Source: Micromonosporaceae bacterium
GTDB lineage: Bacteria; Actinomycetota; Actinomycetes; Mycobacteriales; Micromonosporaceae
Assembly: GCA_036375165.1 (NCBI GenBank)
Contig: DASUSI010000178.1
Coordinates: 43,086 to 107,085 of the forward strand
Direction of reading: 5' to 3'
DNA length: 64,000 nucleotides
The notes under the pieces are model-generated. The model was not told where the DNA came from. It made no database searches and saw only the letters and a list, made by a program, of their open reading frames with translations. How positions within the stretch are numbered: the stretch's first letter is position 1; every line of letters begins with the position of its first letter. Positions 52,118-60,815 of this stretch are shown here, piece after piece. The position numbers were made by a program, and so were the translations under genes.

Positions 52118-53061
52118 CCGCCAGCGTGGACCGGTTGTCGCGGCTGTTGAACCTGGTGCCGTACCTGCTCGGCAGGCCGGGAATCCGGCTCTCGGACGCC
52201 GCGGCCGACCTCGCGGTCAGTGAACGGCAGCTCCGGGACGACCTGGAGCTGCTGTGGGTGTGCGGCCTGCCCGGGTACGGCCCCGGCGACCTGATCGACA
52301 TGTCGTTCGACGGGGATACCGTCACGATCACGTACGACGCCGGGATCGATCGGCCGTTGCGGCTGACCCAGGACGAGGCACTCGCGCTGATCGTGGCGCT
52401 GCGGCTGCTCGCCGAAACTCCGGCGTTACCAAACCGGGGCTCGGTGGAGCGGGCCCTCGCGAAGATCGAATCCGCTGCCGGGGACGCCGCCGACACCGCC
52501 GGCAGGGTCGCGGTACGGCTCCCGGCGAACACTGACCGGCTCGGGCGGGTCCAGGAGGCGGTACGGCGCGGTCGGGCGCTGCGTATCACGTACTACACCG
52601 CCGGGCGGGACGAGACCACCGACCGGGTGGTTGACCCGATGCGGGTGCTGTTCGCGGCGGGACGGGCCTATCTGGAGGCCTGGTGCCGGCGTGTGGAGGC
52701 GGTGCGGCTGTTCCGGTTGGACCGGATCGACGCGGCGAGTGAGTTGGACGAACCTGCCAGTCCGCCGCCGCAGGCGCAGCCGACCCGACTGCCGGACGGG
52801 ATCTTCCAGCCCACCCCGGAGCTGCCGCTGGTCACCCTGCTGGTCGGCCGGGACGCCCGGTGGATCACGGAGTACTACCCGTGCGAGAACGTGGTGGAGG
52901 AGCCGGACGGTCGGTGGCGGGTCTCGCTGCGGGCCTCGGACCTGACCTGGGCGCGTCGGCTGGTGCTGGGACTGGGTCCCGGCGTGGAAGCGGTCGCCCC
53001 CGGACAGTTGCGGGACGCGATCGGCGCCGACGCGAGGGCGGCACTGGCCGCGTACCGGTAG
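52114..53061 (+). CDS. pafC: WYL-domain transcriptional regulator PafC
   Basis: SVDRLSRLLNLVPYLLGRPGIRLSDAAADLAVSERQLRDDLELLWVCGLPGYGPGDLID plus a WYL region (ITYYTAGRDETTDRVVDPMRVLFAAGRAYLEAWC). Confidence 0.85.
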   Translation: MTASVDRLSRLLNLVPYLLGRPGIRLSDAAADLAVSERQLRDDLELLWVCGLPGYGPGDLIDMSFDGDTVTITYDAGIDRPLRLTQDEALALIVALRLLAETPALPNRGSVERALAKIESAAGDAADTAGRVAVRLPANTDRLGRVQEAVRRGRALRITYYTAGRDETTDRVVDPMRVLFAAGRAYLEAWCRRVEAVRLFRLDRIDAASELDEPASPPPQAQPTRLPDGIFQPTPELPLVTLLVGRDARWITEYYPCENVVEEPDGRWRVSLRASDLTWARRLVLGLGPGVEAVAPGQLRDAIGADARAALAAYR

Positions 53062-53070
53062 GGTGCGGCG

Positions 53071-53349
53071 GTGGACCGCGTGGTGTGGGGCTTGGACCTG
53101 GTGTGGTGGCTGGTGGCGGGCATGGTGGTGCTCGCCGTCGTGGTGATGGCGCTGGCGGCTGTCCCCCTGCTGCGACGGTTGACCGGATTGCGGCGCGGCG
53201 TGCTGCGGCTGCAACGGCACGCGGCCACCCTGGAACGGTTGCGGGGCCGGGCTGAGCGACTCCAGCGGCGGGCCGAGGGGCTCGACGCCCGGTCTGCAGA
53301 GATACGGGAGGGAATGGACCTGTTACGGGCTGGTATTCGCCGCGGCTGA
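53071..53349 (+). CDS. hypothetical membrane-anchored coiled-coil protein
   Basis: 92 codons. N-terminal TM (LVWWLVAGMVVLAVVVMALAAV), then an Arg/Leu-rich heptad-like region. No family recognised. Confidence 0.4.
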   Translation: MDRVVWGLDLVWWLVAGMVVLAVVVMALAAVPLLRRLTGLRRGVLRLQRHAATLERLRGRAERLQRRAEGLDARSAEIREGMDLLRAGIRRG

Positions 53350-53454
53350 CCCGGCGGCGACGACTACGCAGAGTCGACAACCGGACGGCGGGGAGACGTC
53401 ACCGTCCGAGCCACGTACGATGGGCCTCGTCGTCCCCGCCTGGAGGTTCCTCCC

Positions 53455-53727
53455 ATGGGTGTTGTCAAGCCATGGCACATCATCGTTCTGGTGGTGGTGC
53501 TGATCCTTCTGTTCGGCGCGAAGCGGTTGCCGGACGCGGCGCGTGGCCTGGGTCGCTCGCTGCGCATCCTGAAAGCCGAGACGAAAAATCTCTCCGACGA
53601 CGACGTCGAGGTGAAAGCGGAGGCTCAGCACAGCCGTCAGCCGCTGTCCCCGACGATCGACGGGGAGGCGAAGCCGAAGCCGGCTGGCCAGCAGGCACCG
53701 ACCGCCGATCCACAACGCGACCGCTGA
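53455..53727 (+). CDS. tatA: twin-arginine translocase subunit TatA/E
   Basis: MGVVKPWHIIVLVVVLILLFGAKRLPDAARGLGRSLRILKAE (TM plus amphipathic helix). GGAGG RBS 8 nt upstream. Confidence 0.9.
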   Translation: MGVVKPWHIIVLVVVLILLFGAKRLPDAARGLGRSLRILKAETKNLSDDDVEVKAEAQHSRQPLSPTIDGEAKPKPAGQQAPTADPQRDR

Positions 53728-53753
53728 CGGTCGCCCACACCACGCGCTGACAC

Positions 53754-54674
53754 GTGAGCCCGCTGCTTCGCCGCCGGGACAGGTCCCGGTTCGCCATGGC
53801 GGCCGACGGGTCCATGACCCTCATGGATCACCTGCGGGAACTGCGCAGCCGGCTGTTCAAGGCTTGCCTGGGGATTCTCGTCGGGATGGTGTTCTGCCTG
53901 TTCTTCGCCGACAGGATCCTCGACTTCCTCAACGCGCCGTACTGCGAGTACCGAGCGTCGCGCGGTCAGGACATCAGCCGCTGTGGCTTCAACGCGGTGT
54001 CACCGATCGACACCTTCCTGCTGAACCTGCGGGTTGCCCTGTATGCCGGGCTGATCGTCAGCGCCCCGGTCTGGCTCTACCAGTTGTGGGCGTTCATCGC
54101 CCCCGGACTGCACCGGAACGAACGCCGCTACACGTACTACTTCGTCGGCGCGGCCACGCCGCTTTTCATCACCGGAGCCATGCTCGCCTACCTGGTGGTC
54201 GAAAAGGGCATGGAGTTCCTGATGGGCATGGTCAACGCGTACGACGTCACGCTGGACATCGGCGGGTACTTCAAATTCGTCACGAACATGATGCTGCTGT
54301 TCGGCTTCGGATTCGAGTTCCCGCTCGCGGTGGTGGCACTCAACCTGGTCGGCATGGTGAGCGCGAAGCGGCTGCTCGGCTGGTGGCGGGTGGCGGTGTT
54401 CCTGTGCTTCGCGTTCGCCGCGGTGGTCACCCCCACCCCGGACCCGTTCGGCATGACCGCCCTGGCAGTCCCGATGAGCCTGCTCTACATGGGTGCTGTC
54501 GGGGTGGCGTTCCTGAATGATCGCCGTCGTGCCCGTCAGGACGAGTTCGCCGCACTGTCTGACGACGAGGCGTCGCCGATCGACCAGGGGTCCCCGGTTG
54601 AGGAACCGGCACCGGTGTCGCCACCGACCCCGATCGACGAGCCGGGTGAACGGAACACCGACGACATCACCTGA
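53754..54674 (+). CDS. tatC: twin-arginine translocase subunit TatC
   Basis: MTLMDHLRELRSRLFK..., six TM helices, conserved ...LWAFIAPGL...ERR... motif. Pro/acidic C-terminal tail. Confidence 0.9.
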   Translation: MSPLLRRRDRSRFAMAADGSMTLMDHLRELRSRLFKACLGILVGMVFCLFFADRILDFLNAPYCEYRASRGQDISRCGFNAVSPIDTFLLNLRVALYAGLIVSAPVWLYQLWAFIAPGLHRNERRYTYYFVGAATPLFITGAMLAYLVVEKGMEFLMGMVNAYDVTLDIGGYFKFVTNMMLLFGFGFEFPLAVVALNLVGMVSAKRLLGWWRVAVFLCFAFAAVVTPTPDPFGMTALAVPMSLLYMGAVGVAFLNDRRRARQDEFAALSDDEASPIDQGSPVEEPAPVSPPTPIDEPGERNTDDIT

Positions 54675-54683
54675 CAGTGAGCC

Positions 54684-56207
54684 TCACCGCTCGGCAAGCA
54701 CCCGCTCTGCCGCTGGTACCGCCCGTTTCCGGTCGGCCGGCACCAGGCCGATCCGGGTACGGCGGTCCAGCAGGTCCGCGACGTCCAGAGCGCCCTCGTG
54801 ACGTACCGCAAAACGTAACTCCGCCAGGGTGGTGTCGATGCCTTCCGCGATCGGCGCGAGCAGCGCTGGATCTCCACCGGACTCGGCCCGTACCGCGAGG
54901 GCTTCACCGCCGTACTTGCGGATCAACCGCGGGGCGGCGACCACCCGGGTGTGGCCGGCTGCCCCCACCAAGGCCAGCCGGTGGGTGACGCAGGGGCCCG
55001 CCGTGACACCGTGGCGGGTCAGGGCCGTGTCGAGGGCGTGCTGCGCCATCCTCCGGTAGGTGGTGAGCTTGCCACCGATCACGGTGACCAGCCCGTCTCG
55101 TGAGGTGATCACGGCGTGCCGGCGGGACAGGTCCGCGGTGCGCCCACCGCGGGTGTCGAGCAGTGGCCGCAGTCCGGCGAAGGATCCGATCACGTCGTCT
55201 CGGGACACCGGGACCCGCAGCGCCCGGTTCACCGTGGCGAGCAGAAAGTCGATCTCCGCCTCGGTGGCTTCCGGTACGTCCGGCACCTCGCCGGAAACCT
55301 CCTCATCGGTCAGCCCCAGGTACACCCGGCGGTTCGGAGCGGGCAGCACGAACACGAAGCGGTTCCGCTCCCCGGGTACCGGAATCGTCAGCCCGGCGGA
55401 CAGTCCACCGAACCGTTCCTGTCCAAGCACCAGGTGCGACCCGCGGCTCGGCCGCAGCACGATACCCGGTGCCACCCGGCCGGCCCACACCCCGGTCGCG
55501 TTGACGACCACCCGGGCCGCCACGTCGAACCGCTCTCCGCTGCGTCCGTCCCGCAGCACGGCACCGTCTCCGGTCACCTGTTCAGCGGCGCACCGGGTGA
55601 GCACCACGGCACCGAGGCTCGCGGCGGTGCGGGCCAGGCACACCACCAGCCGGGCGTCGTCGTAGAGCTGGCCGTCCCAGCCGAGGATGCCGCCTCGCAG
55701 CCGGTCGGCACGCAGCGTCGGCGCGTACCGGTGGGTCTCGGCGGGGCTGATCCGCCGGGAGTGGGGAAGCAGCCCACCGCTGGTGCCGGCGGCTCGCCGC
55801 AGCAGGTCGCCGCCCAGATACCCGGCCCGGACCACGGTGCGAGGCACCCCTGGCAGCAGCGGCACGAGCTGTGGGAAGGGCCGGACCAGGTGTGGGGCGG
55901 TACGGCGGAGCAGGATGTCGCGTTCCAGCGCGCTCTCGTACGCGATCGACACGTCACCGGAGGCCAGGTACCGCAGTCCGCCGTGCACCAGCTTGGAACT
56001 CCACCGGCTCGTGCCGAAGGCGAGGTCGTGCTGGTCGACGAGGGCCACGGACAGTCCCCGCGCCGCCGCGTCGAGGGCGACTCCGGTCCCGGTCACTCCG
56101 GCCCCGATCACCAGCACGTCCACCAGCCCGGTGTCGCGCAACTCGGCCAGTTCCCGCTCCCGGCGAGCGGCGTTCAGCGAGGCCGGGCCTGGCTCAGGGG
56201 GCGACAT
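54684..56207 (-). CDS. glpD: FAD-dependent glycerol-3-phosphate dehydrogenase
   Basis: DVLVIGAGVTGTGVALDAAARGLSVALVDQHDLAFGTSRWSSKLVHGGLRYL is the canonical GlpD N-terminus. Confidence 0.9.
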   Translation of the reverse strand: MSPPEPGPASLNAARRERELAELRDTGLVDVLVIGAGVTGTGVALDAAARGLSVALVDQHDLAFGTSRWSSKLVHGGLRYLASGDVSIAYESALERDILLRRTAPHLVRPFPQLVPLLPGVPRTVVRAGYLGGDLLRRAAGTSGGLLPHSRRISPAETHRYAPTLRADRLRGGILGWDGQLYDDARLVVCLARTAASLGAVVLTRCAAEQVTGDGAVLRDGRSGERFDVAARVVVNATGVWAGRVAPGIVLRPSRGSHLVLGQERFGGLSAGLTIPVPGERNRFVFVLPAPNRRVYLGLTDEEVSGEVPDVPEATEAEIDFLLATVNRALRVPVSRDDVIGSFAGLRPLLDTRGGRTADLSRRHAVITSRDGLVTVIGGKLTTYRRMAQHALDTALTRHGVTAGPCVTHRLALVGAAGHTRVVAAPRLIRKYGGEALAVRAESGGDPALLAPIAEGIDTTLAELRFAVRHEGALDVADLLDRRTRIGLVPADRKRAVPAAERVLAER

Positions 56208-56805
56208 AGCGGTCCAGCATCAGCCGAAGTTCCGCGTCCAGCAGATCACGCTCCCCGGGTGTGGCCATGATGGGCCCGCTCAGCACAAAGGCCATCGCGG
56301 CGAGCAGTAGGGCCCGTGCCTGCCAGGCCGCGTCGCCCGGCCTTACTGATCCGTCCACGTGGCCGGCCCGTACCACGTCCTCGATCGCCGCCAGTTGGGT
56401 GTCCGTGCTGCTGCCACGCCGTTCCAGCAGGTAGGGCAGCAGGAACTCGGGGTCCACTTCCACGATCTTGCGCAGCAGTGGGTGCGCCCGGGTGCGGCGT
56501 ACCGCCGAGACGATGCCTTCCACGAGCCGGCCCCGGGCACTGCCACCCGGCATGTCGAAGCTGGCCGCCGCCACGGCGGCCGACTCCCGGGTCATCAGGG
56601 CCGCCACCACGGCCCGGACGTTGGGCCAGCGCCGGTACAGGGTGGCACGGGACACCCCAGCGCGGCGGCTTATGTCGGCCATCGTCACCCGCCGCATCCC
56701 GACCGCGAGCAGCATCTGGTACGCGGCATGCAGGATCCGCTCCTCGTCGATGGCGTTCGGTGCCACGGTGGTGCCGGTGGCGGTGTTGCCACGCTGCGAC
56801 ATCAT
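56194..56805 (-). CDS. TetR/AcrR family transcriptional regulator
   Basis: HTH MRRVTMADISRRAGVSRATLYRRWPN. ATG 56805 preferred over track start 57237. 3' end overlaps the glpD start by 14 nt. Confidence 0.8.
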   Translation of the reverse strand: MMSQRGNTATGTTVAPNAIDEERILHAAYQMLLAVGMRRVTMADISRRAGVSRATLYRRWPNVRAVVAALMTRESAAVAAASFDMPGGSARGRLVEGIVSAVRRTRAHPLLRKIVEVDPEFLLPYLLERRGSSTDTQLAAIEDVVRAGHVDGSVRPGDAAWQARALLLAAMAFVLSGPIMATPGERDLLDAELRLMLDRYVAP

Positions 56806-56860
56806 GTGCCTCAATGTATCAGCAGCTACCGACTGACCACCGAACCACCGAAGGCGAGCC

Positions 56861-58537
56861 ATGAGCGAGTCCGACATCCCCGTCGTCGAGATGCACCCGT
56901 ACCGCTGGGGGGATCCGGCACGGCAGGCACACCTGCCCGAGCCGGTGCTGGCGGCGCTGCGCGGTTTCGGGATCCGCGAGCCGGCAAGGCCACCGGTGGC
57001 ACCGGAGGAGGTCGCACTGCGGCCGAGCGCGCTCCTGGAGGGGCCACGCTCGGCTCTGGAAGCGACCATCGGGGCAGCGCACATCAGCGTCACGGACCGT
57101 GAACGGGTCCGGCACACCATGGGTTGGTCCACACCGGACCTGCTGCGGCTGCGGTCAGGCGACACCGTGGACGCGCCGGACGCTGTGCTCTTTCCCGGCT
57201 CCCATGATGAGGTTCTCGCGCTGCTCGGGGTCTGCACGACACACCGGCTGGCGGTGGTGCCCTATGGCGGAGGTACGTCGGTGGTGGGTGGTCTGGCACC
57301 GCTGCGGGAAGGCTTCGCCGGCGTGGTGACGCTGGACCTGCGGCGGCTGGACCGGCTGCTCTCGGTGGACCAGGAGTCCCGTCTCGCGGTGCTCGAATCC
57401 GGTGTGCGCGGGCCACGGGCTGAGCGGTTGCTGGCGGCACACGAACTGACGCTCGGTCACTTCCCCCAATCATACGAGGGCGCGACGATCGGAGGGTACG
57501 CCGCCACCCGTTCCAGCGGACAGGCATCCGCCGGCTACGGGCGGTTTGACGAGATGGTCCTCGGGGTCACCCTTGCCACACCGCGCGGCAGCCTCCGCCT
57601 GGGCCTGGCACCGCGCTCTGCCGCCGGGCCGGACCTGCGGCAGCTCGTCCTGGGATCAGAGGGCGTGTTCGGGGTGATCACGTCGGTCACCGTCCGGGTC
57701 CGGCCCCGGCCGCAGTCGCGGGTGTACGAGGGATGGCGGTTCGACTCCTTCCAGGCCGGGGCTGACGCGCTGCGCCGTCTCGCGCAGGACGGACCGTTAC
57801 CGACCGTATTGCGCCTGTCCGATGAGGCGGAGACCGCGGTCAACCTCGCCAACCCGGCACAGGCGCTGACCGGAGGGACGGGTGGTTGCCTGGCGGTCTG
57901 CGGCTACGAAGGCACGGCCCGCGACGTCCAGTACCGTCGGGAAGGCGCTGCTGTCGTGCTGCGCGACGCGGGCGGTCAGGCATTGGGCACCGGCCCGGGT
58001 GAAGCCTGGCGGGAAGGCCGGTACCGGGCACCGTACCTGCGGGATCCGTTGCTGGACGCTGGTGCCCTGGTGGAGACCCTGGAAACCGCTACCTTCTGGT
58101 CCAACCTGCACCCGCTGCGGCAGGCGGTCACCGATGCGCTGACCGGCTCCCTGTCGGGCGAGGGCACACCGCCGCTGGTTCTCTGCCATATTTCTCACGT
58201 GTACGAGACCGGAGCCTGCCTGTACTTCACGGTGGTCTGTGCCCAGACTGAGGATCCGGTGGCCCAGTGGCGGGCGGCCAAGGCCGCCGTGAACACGGCG
58301 ATCGGTGACGCTGGCGGCACCATCAGCCACCACCACGCCGTCGGCTTCGACCACCAGCCGGGCTACCTGCGTGAGGTCGGCCCACTGGCCATCGAGGCCC
58401 TGCGTGCGGTGAAACGTACGTTCGACCCTGAGCGGATCCTCAATCCCGGCGTACTGCTGGGGTCTGTGACTGCCGGCGGGTTCCGGGACCCTGCCGGTTT
58501 CGGCATGCCCGGTGAGAGCGAGGCGACAGCGGAGTGA
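56861..58537 (+). CDS. FAD-linked oxidase, alkyl-dihydroxyacetonephosphate-synthase-like flavoprotein
   Basis: N-terminal YRWGDP motif. PCMH-type FAD domain (VLFPGSHDEVLALLGVCTTHRLAVVPYGGGTSVVGG). C-terminal ISHHHAVG. Confidence 0.8.
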   Translation: MSESDIPVVEMHPYRWGDPARQAHLPEPVLAALRGFGIREPARPPVAPEEVALRPSALLEGPRSALEATIGAAHISVTDRERVRHTMGWSTPDLLRLRSGDTVDAPDAVLFPGSHDEVLALLGVCTTHRLAVVPYGGGTSVVGGLAPLREGFAGVVTLDLRRLDRLLSVDQESRLAVLESGVRGPRAERLLAAHELTLGHFPQSYEGATIGGYAATRSSGQASAGYGRFDEMVLGVTLATPRGSLRLGLAPRSAAGPDLRQLVLGSEGVFGVITSVTVRVRPRPQSRVYEGWRFDSFQAGADALRRLAQDGPLPTVLRLSDEAETAVNLANPAQALTGGTGGCLAVCGYEGTARDVQYRREGAAVVLRDAGGQALGTGPGEAWREGRYRAPYLRDPLLDAGALVETLETATFWSNLHPLRQAVTDALTGSLSGEGTPPLVLCHISHVYETGACLYFTVVCAQTEDPVAQWRAAKAAVNTAIGDAGGTISHHHAVGFDHQPGYLREVGPLAIEALRAVKRTFDPERILNPGVLLGSVTAGGFRDPAGFGMPGESEATAE

Positions 58538-59406
58538 TGCGCTCCTTCACGGTGCTGGTGAATCCGATCTCGGGGGACGGCAGAGCCCCGCAACGCACCC
58601 GGCCGGTCGCGGATCTGCTGCGCGGGGCGGGAGCGACAGTACGCGAGGTGGTGACCCAGAGCGCCAGCCACGCCACACAGGCCGCACGTGCGGCGGCTCG
58701 GGCGGGAGATGTGGTGATCGCGGCCGGTGGTGACGGGCTGGCACGAGATGTCGCCGACGCCGTGGTACCCGCCGACGGGGTGATGGGGATCCTCCCTGCC
58801 GGACGGGGCAACGACCTGGCCCGCAAGGTCGGCATTCCGACCGAGCCCACCGCACTCGCGAAGCTGTTGCTGGACGGTGAGCCCCGCAGGATCGACGTCC
58901 TGGAGTGCGGCGGTCGGATCATCCCGGGAAACCTGTACGTGGGCATCGACTCCACCGCGAACGCCATGATCAACGCGAGGCGATGGATCCCGGCACCGTT
59001 GCTGTACCGGCTCGCGCCCGTGGTGACCATGCTGCGGTGGCATCCGGTCGACTTCCGACTGACCGTCGACGGCCGGACACAGTCGGTGCGAGGGCACACC
59101 ATCGTGGTCGGCAACTCCGGCACGTACGGTCATGGACTGGACATCGTTCCTTCGGCGGTGGTGGACGACGGGGTCTTCGACGTCATGGTTGCCGGAGACA
59201 TGTCCCGCTGGAAGATCGCGGCCGTGATCCGTGAGGCCACCGAAGGCAGGCACGTACGCCGACCGGAGATCTCCGTAATGACCGCTCAGGCGATCACCAT
59301 CGAGGCGGCACGGCCGGTGCCGGTCTGCGGCGACGGCGACTACATCGGCGAGTTGCCGGTCACCGTCCGGCTGGTGCCGGCAGCACTGAAGTTACTCCGC
59401 CCATGA
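58534..59406 (+). CDS. diacylglycerol kinase family lipid kinase (YegS/Rv2252-type)
   Basis: VLVNPISGDGRA..., VVIAAGGDGLARDV (GGDG), ILPAGRGNDLAR. Start overlaps the upstream stop. Confidence 0.85.
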   Translation: MMRSFTVLVNPISGDGRAPQRTRPVADLLRGAGATVREVVTQSASHATQAARAAARAGDVVIAAGGDGLARDVADAVVPADGVMGILPAGRGNDLARKVGIPTEPTALAKLLLDGEPRRIDVLECGGRIIPGNLYVGIDSTANAMINARRWIPAPLLYRLAPVVTMLRWHPVDFRLTVDGRTQSVRGHTIVVGNSGTYGHGLDIVPSAVVDDGVFDVMVAGDMSRWKIAAVIREATEGRHVRRPEISVMTAQAITIEAARPVPVCGDGDYIGELPVTVRLVPAALKLLRP

Positions 59407-59591
59407 CGTGATCCCGATGATCTCCTCCGGTGGAGGCCGGCTCAGCGGGATCGACCTGAAATCTGTCACGGCCCCGCTAGAATTTTGCCGTACGTCCAGG
59501 ACAGAGCTGCTGACCGCTCGCACCGCGTCCGGGCGTGGGGCGGGCGGGCCAGCTCCGCGAGCCGTTACGTCTTGACGTGGAGGTGTTGACC

Positions 59592-60065
59592 ATGACGCTG
59601 CGCTTTGACCCCTTCCGGGACTTCGACAGGCTGGCCAGCCAGGTGCTCGGCGCGGCCCGCACCCCGGATCTGATGCCCATGGACTGCTACCGCCAGGGTG
59701 ATCAGTACGTGCTTCATTTCGACCTGCCTGGCATCGATCCCGAATCACTCGAGGTCACCACAGAGAACAACACCCTCACAGTGCGTGCCGAGCGACGTCG
59801 TGTCGACAGTGAGGACATCAGCTATCTGGTCTCGGAACGCGCTGCGGGCACATACGCCCGGCAACTCGTGCTCGGGGAGGGCATGAATACCGACCGGATC
59901 CATGCTGACTACCGGGACGGAGTGCTCACCGTCACGATCCCGGTCGCCGAGGAAGCCAAGCCCCGCCAGATCCAGATCAGCCGGGGCGGGCAGCACAAGG
60001 TGATCACGGGCGAGGTGACCGACTCGTCGAGCACCAACTCCCGCGAAGCCACCGAGATCCGGTAA
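59592..60065 (+). CDS. Hsp20/alpha-crystallin family small heat-shock protein
   Basis: RFDPFRDFDRL..., alpha-crystallin core PMDCYRQGDQYVLHFDLPGIDPESLEVTTENNTLTVRAER...GVLTVTIPV. GGAGG RBS before ATG 59592. Confidence 0.9.
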   Translation: MTLRFDPFRDFDRLASQVLGAARTPDLMPMDCYRQGDQYVLHFDLPGIDPESLEVTTENNTLTVRAERRRVDSEDISYLVSERAAGTYARQLVLGEGMNTDRIHADYRDGVLTVTIPVAEEAKPRQIQISRGGQHKVITGEVTDSSSTNSREATEIR

Positions 60066-60110
60066 CCGGGTTGGCTGGAAGCTGATCCGTACATTGCTGA
60101 GCCGGGGGCT

Positions 60111-60142
60111 GGCGACGCCTTCTCACCACGCGGTGAGTCGCC
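60111..60142 (+). terminator. imperfect GC hairpin GGCGAC-gccttc-TCACC-acgc-GGTGA-GTCGCC downstream of hsp20
   Basis: Read directly, 46 nt after the hsp20 stop. No U-tract. Confidence 0.3.
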
Positions 60143-60227
60143 AGAGACCCTCACGCCACCGCGCCCCGCCGCCGGGTCACGGCAACGGGACAGCGGGGAC
60201 CTGCTGAGCGACGCCCAGCACGCGGCG

Positions 60228-60345
60228 TACCCGATGGGCACCGCCGCCGAAGCGATCAGAGTGACCCCGGGCTTCCTCCGGGCGCTCGGTAGGGCGGGAC
60301 CGTTTCGGCCGCACCGGTCAGCGGACAGCGGAGGGGGACCGCCGC
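60228..60345 (+). pseudogene. truncated MerR/HspR-type HTH remnant
   Basis: Translates to YPMGTAAEAIRVTPGFLRALGRAGPFRPHRSADSGGG, matching the MerR-family HTH pattern (Y.I..AAE...V....LR.....GL..P.RS..GG). The only canonical start is the ATG inside the HTH. Similarity stops at about 60340, where recombinase debris begins. Confidence 0.35.
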
Positions 60346-60700
60346 TTAGTCGCACGGATAGATCCGAGTGGAGTCCAGCGAGGCGTGGCCAAGGAGTTCA
60401 GCGACAGTGACGACGTCGGTGCCGGAGCGGATCAAGTCGGTACCAAAGCTGTGGCGCATCACCAAAGTCTGGACCGAGGCAGGCGGCACCTGGAAGACCT
60501 GCGCGCCCGGCGACCACAGTCGGTGACCACTAACTCGCGGTCACGCGAGAGGAATACCGACTACTCGATCAATGGAGCCTGCCAGTCTCAACGGCCAGGT
60601 ACTTGCCGATCGCACGCTCCACCACGTGTTTCACCCCTCTTGCTGAGAACGGCTTGACAGCGCAGTAGGCGAATGCGACTCGATGGCCGGCTTGGTACAG
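60346..60700 (-). pseudogene. tyrosine recombinase (integrase) C-terminal remnant, frameshifted and truncated
   Basis: 60346-60462 reads [38 protein letters not shown]-stop (box II R-H...catalytic Y). The frame is broken by TGA at 60541-60543. PFSARGVKHVVERAIGKYLAV (60590-60652) continues in another frame. No intact N-terminal domain. Confidence 0.6.
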
Positions 60701-60815
60701 CGACATCCCCGGTGCATAGCTTATCCCTGCCTGCCTAAGTTCGCCGAACCCGATGTATTTCGCCGCTTCACGGCGACTCTGTGAATATAACGTCGCATTG
60801 AGGGAGTTGGGCGTT

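Noticed and set aside
53442-53453. GGAGG-TT-CCTCC immediately before the tatA ATG, considered as an SD-sequestering hairpin
   Set aside because: A 2-nt loop is sterically impossible, so it is just the SD followed by a chance complement.
59560-59591. CTTGAC-N10-TTGAC just upstream of hsp20, considered as an HspR HAIR element or MerR-type operator
   Set aside because: HAIR is an inverted repeat (CTTGAGT-N7-ACTCAAG). Here the halves are direct repeats and overlap the RBS, so there is no support for HAIR.
60063-60410. The hsp20 stop TAA is followed by 114 further open codons in the same frame, which could suggest stop-codon read-through into the MerR-like HTH
   Set aside because: Long open frames are common by chance at this GC content. 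The intervening about 55 codons have no protein-like features and contain a hairpin. No recoding signal is seen.
60385-60657. 90-aa plus-strand ORF in the junction region
   Set aside because: It is the antisense of the recombinase remnant and has no RBS or motif. Treated as non-coding.
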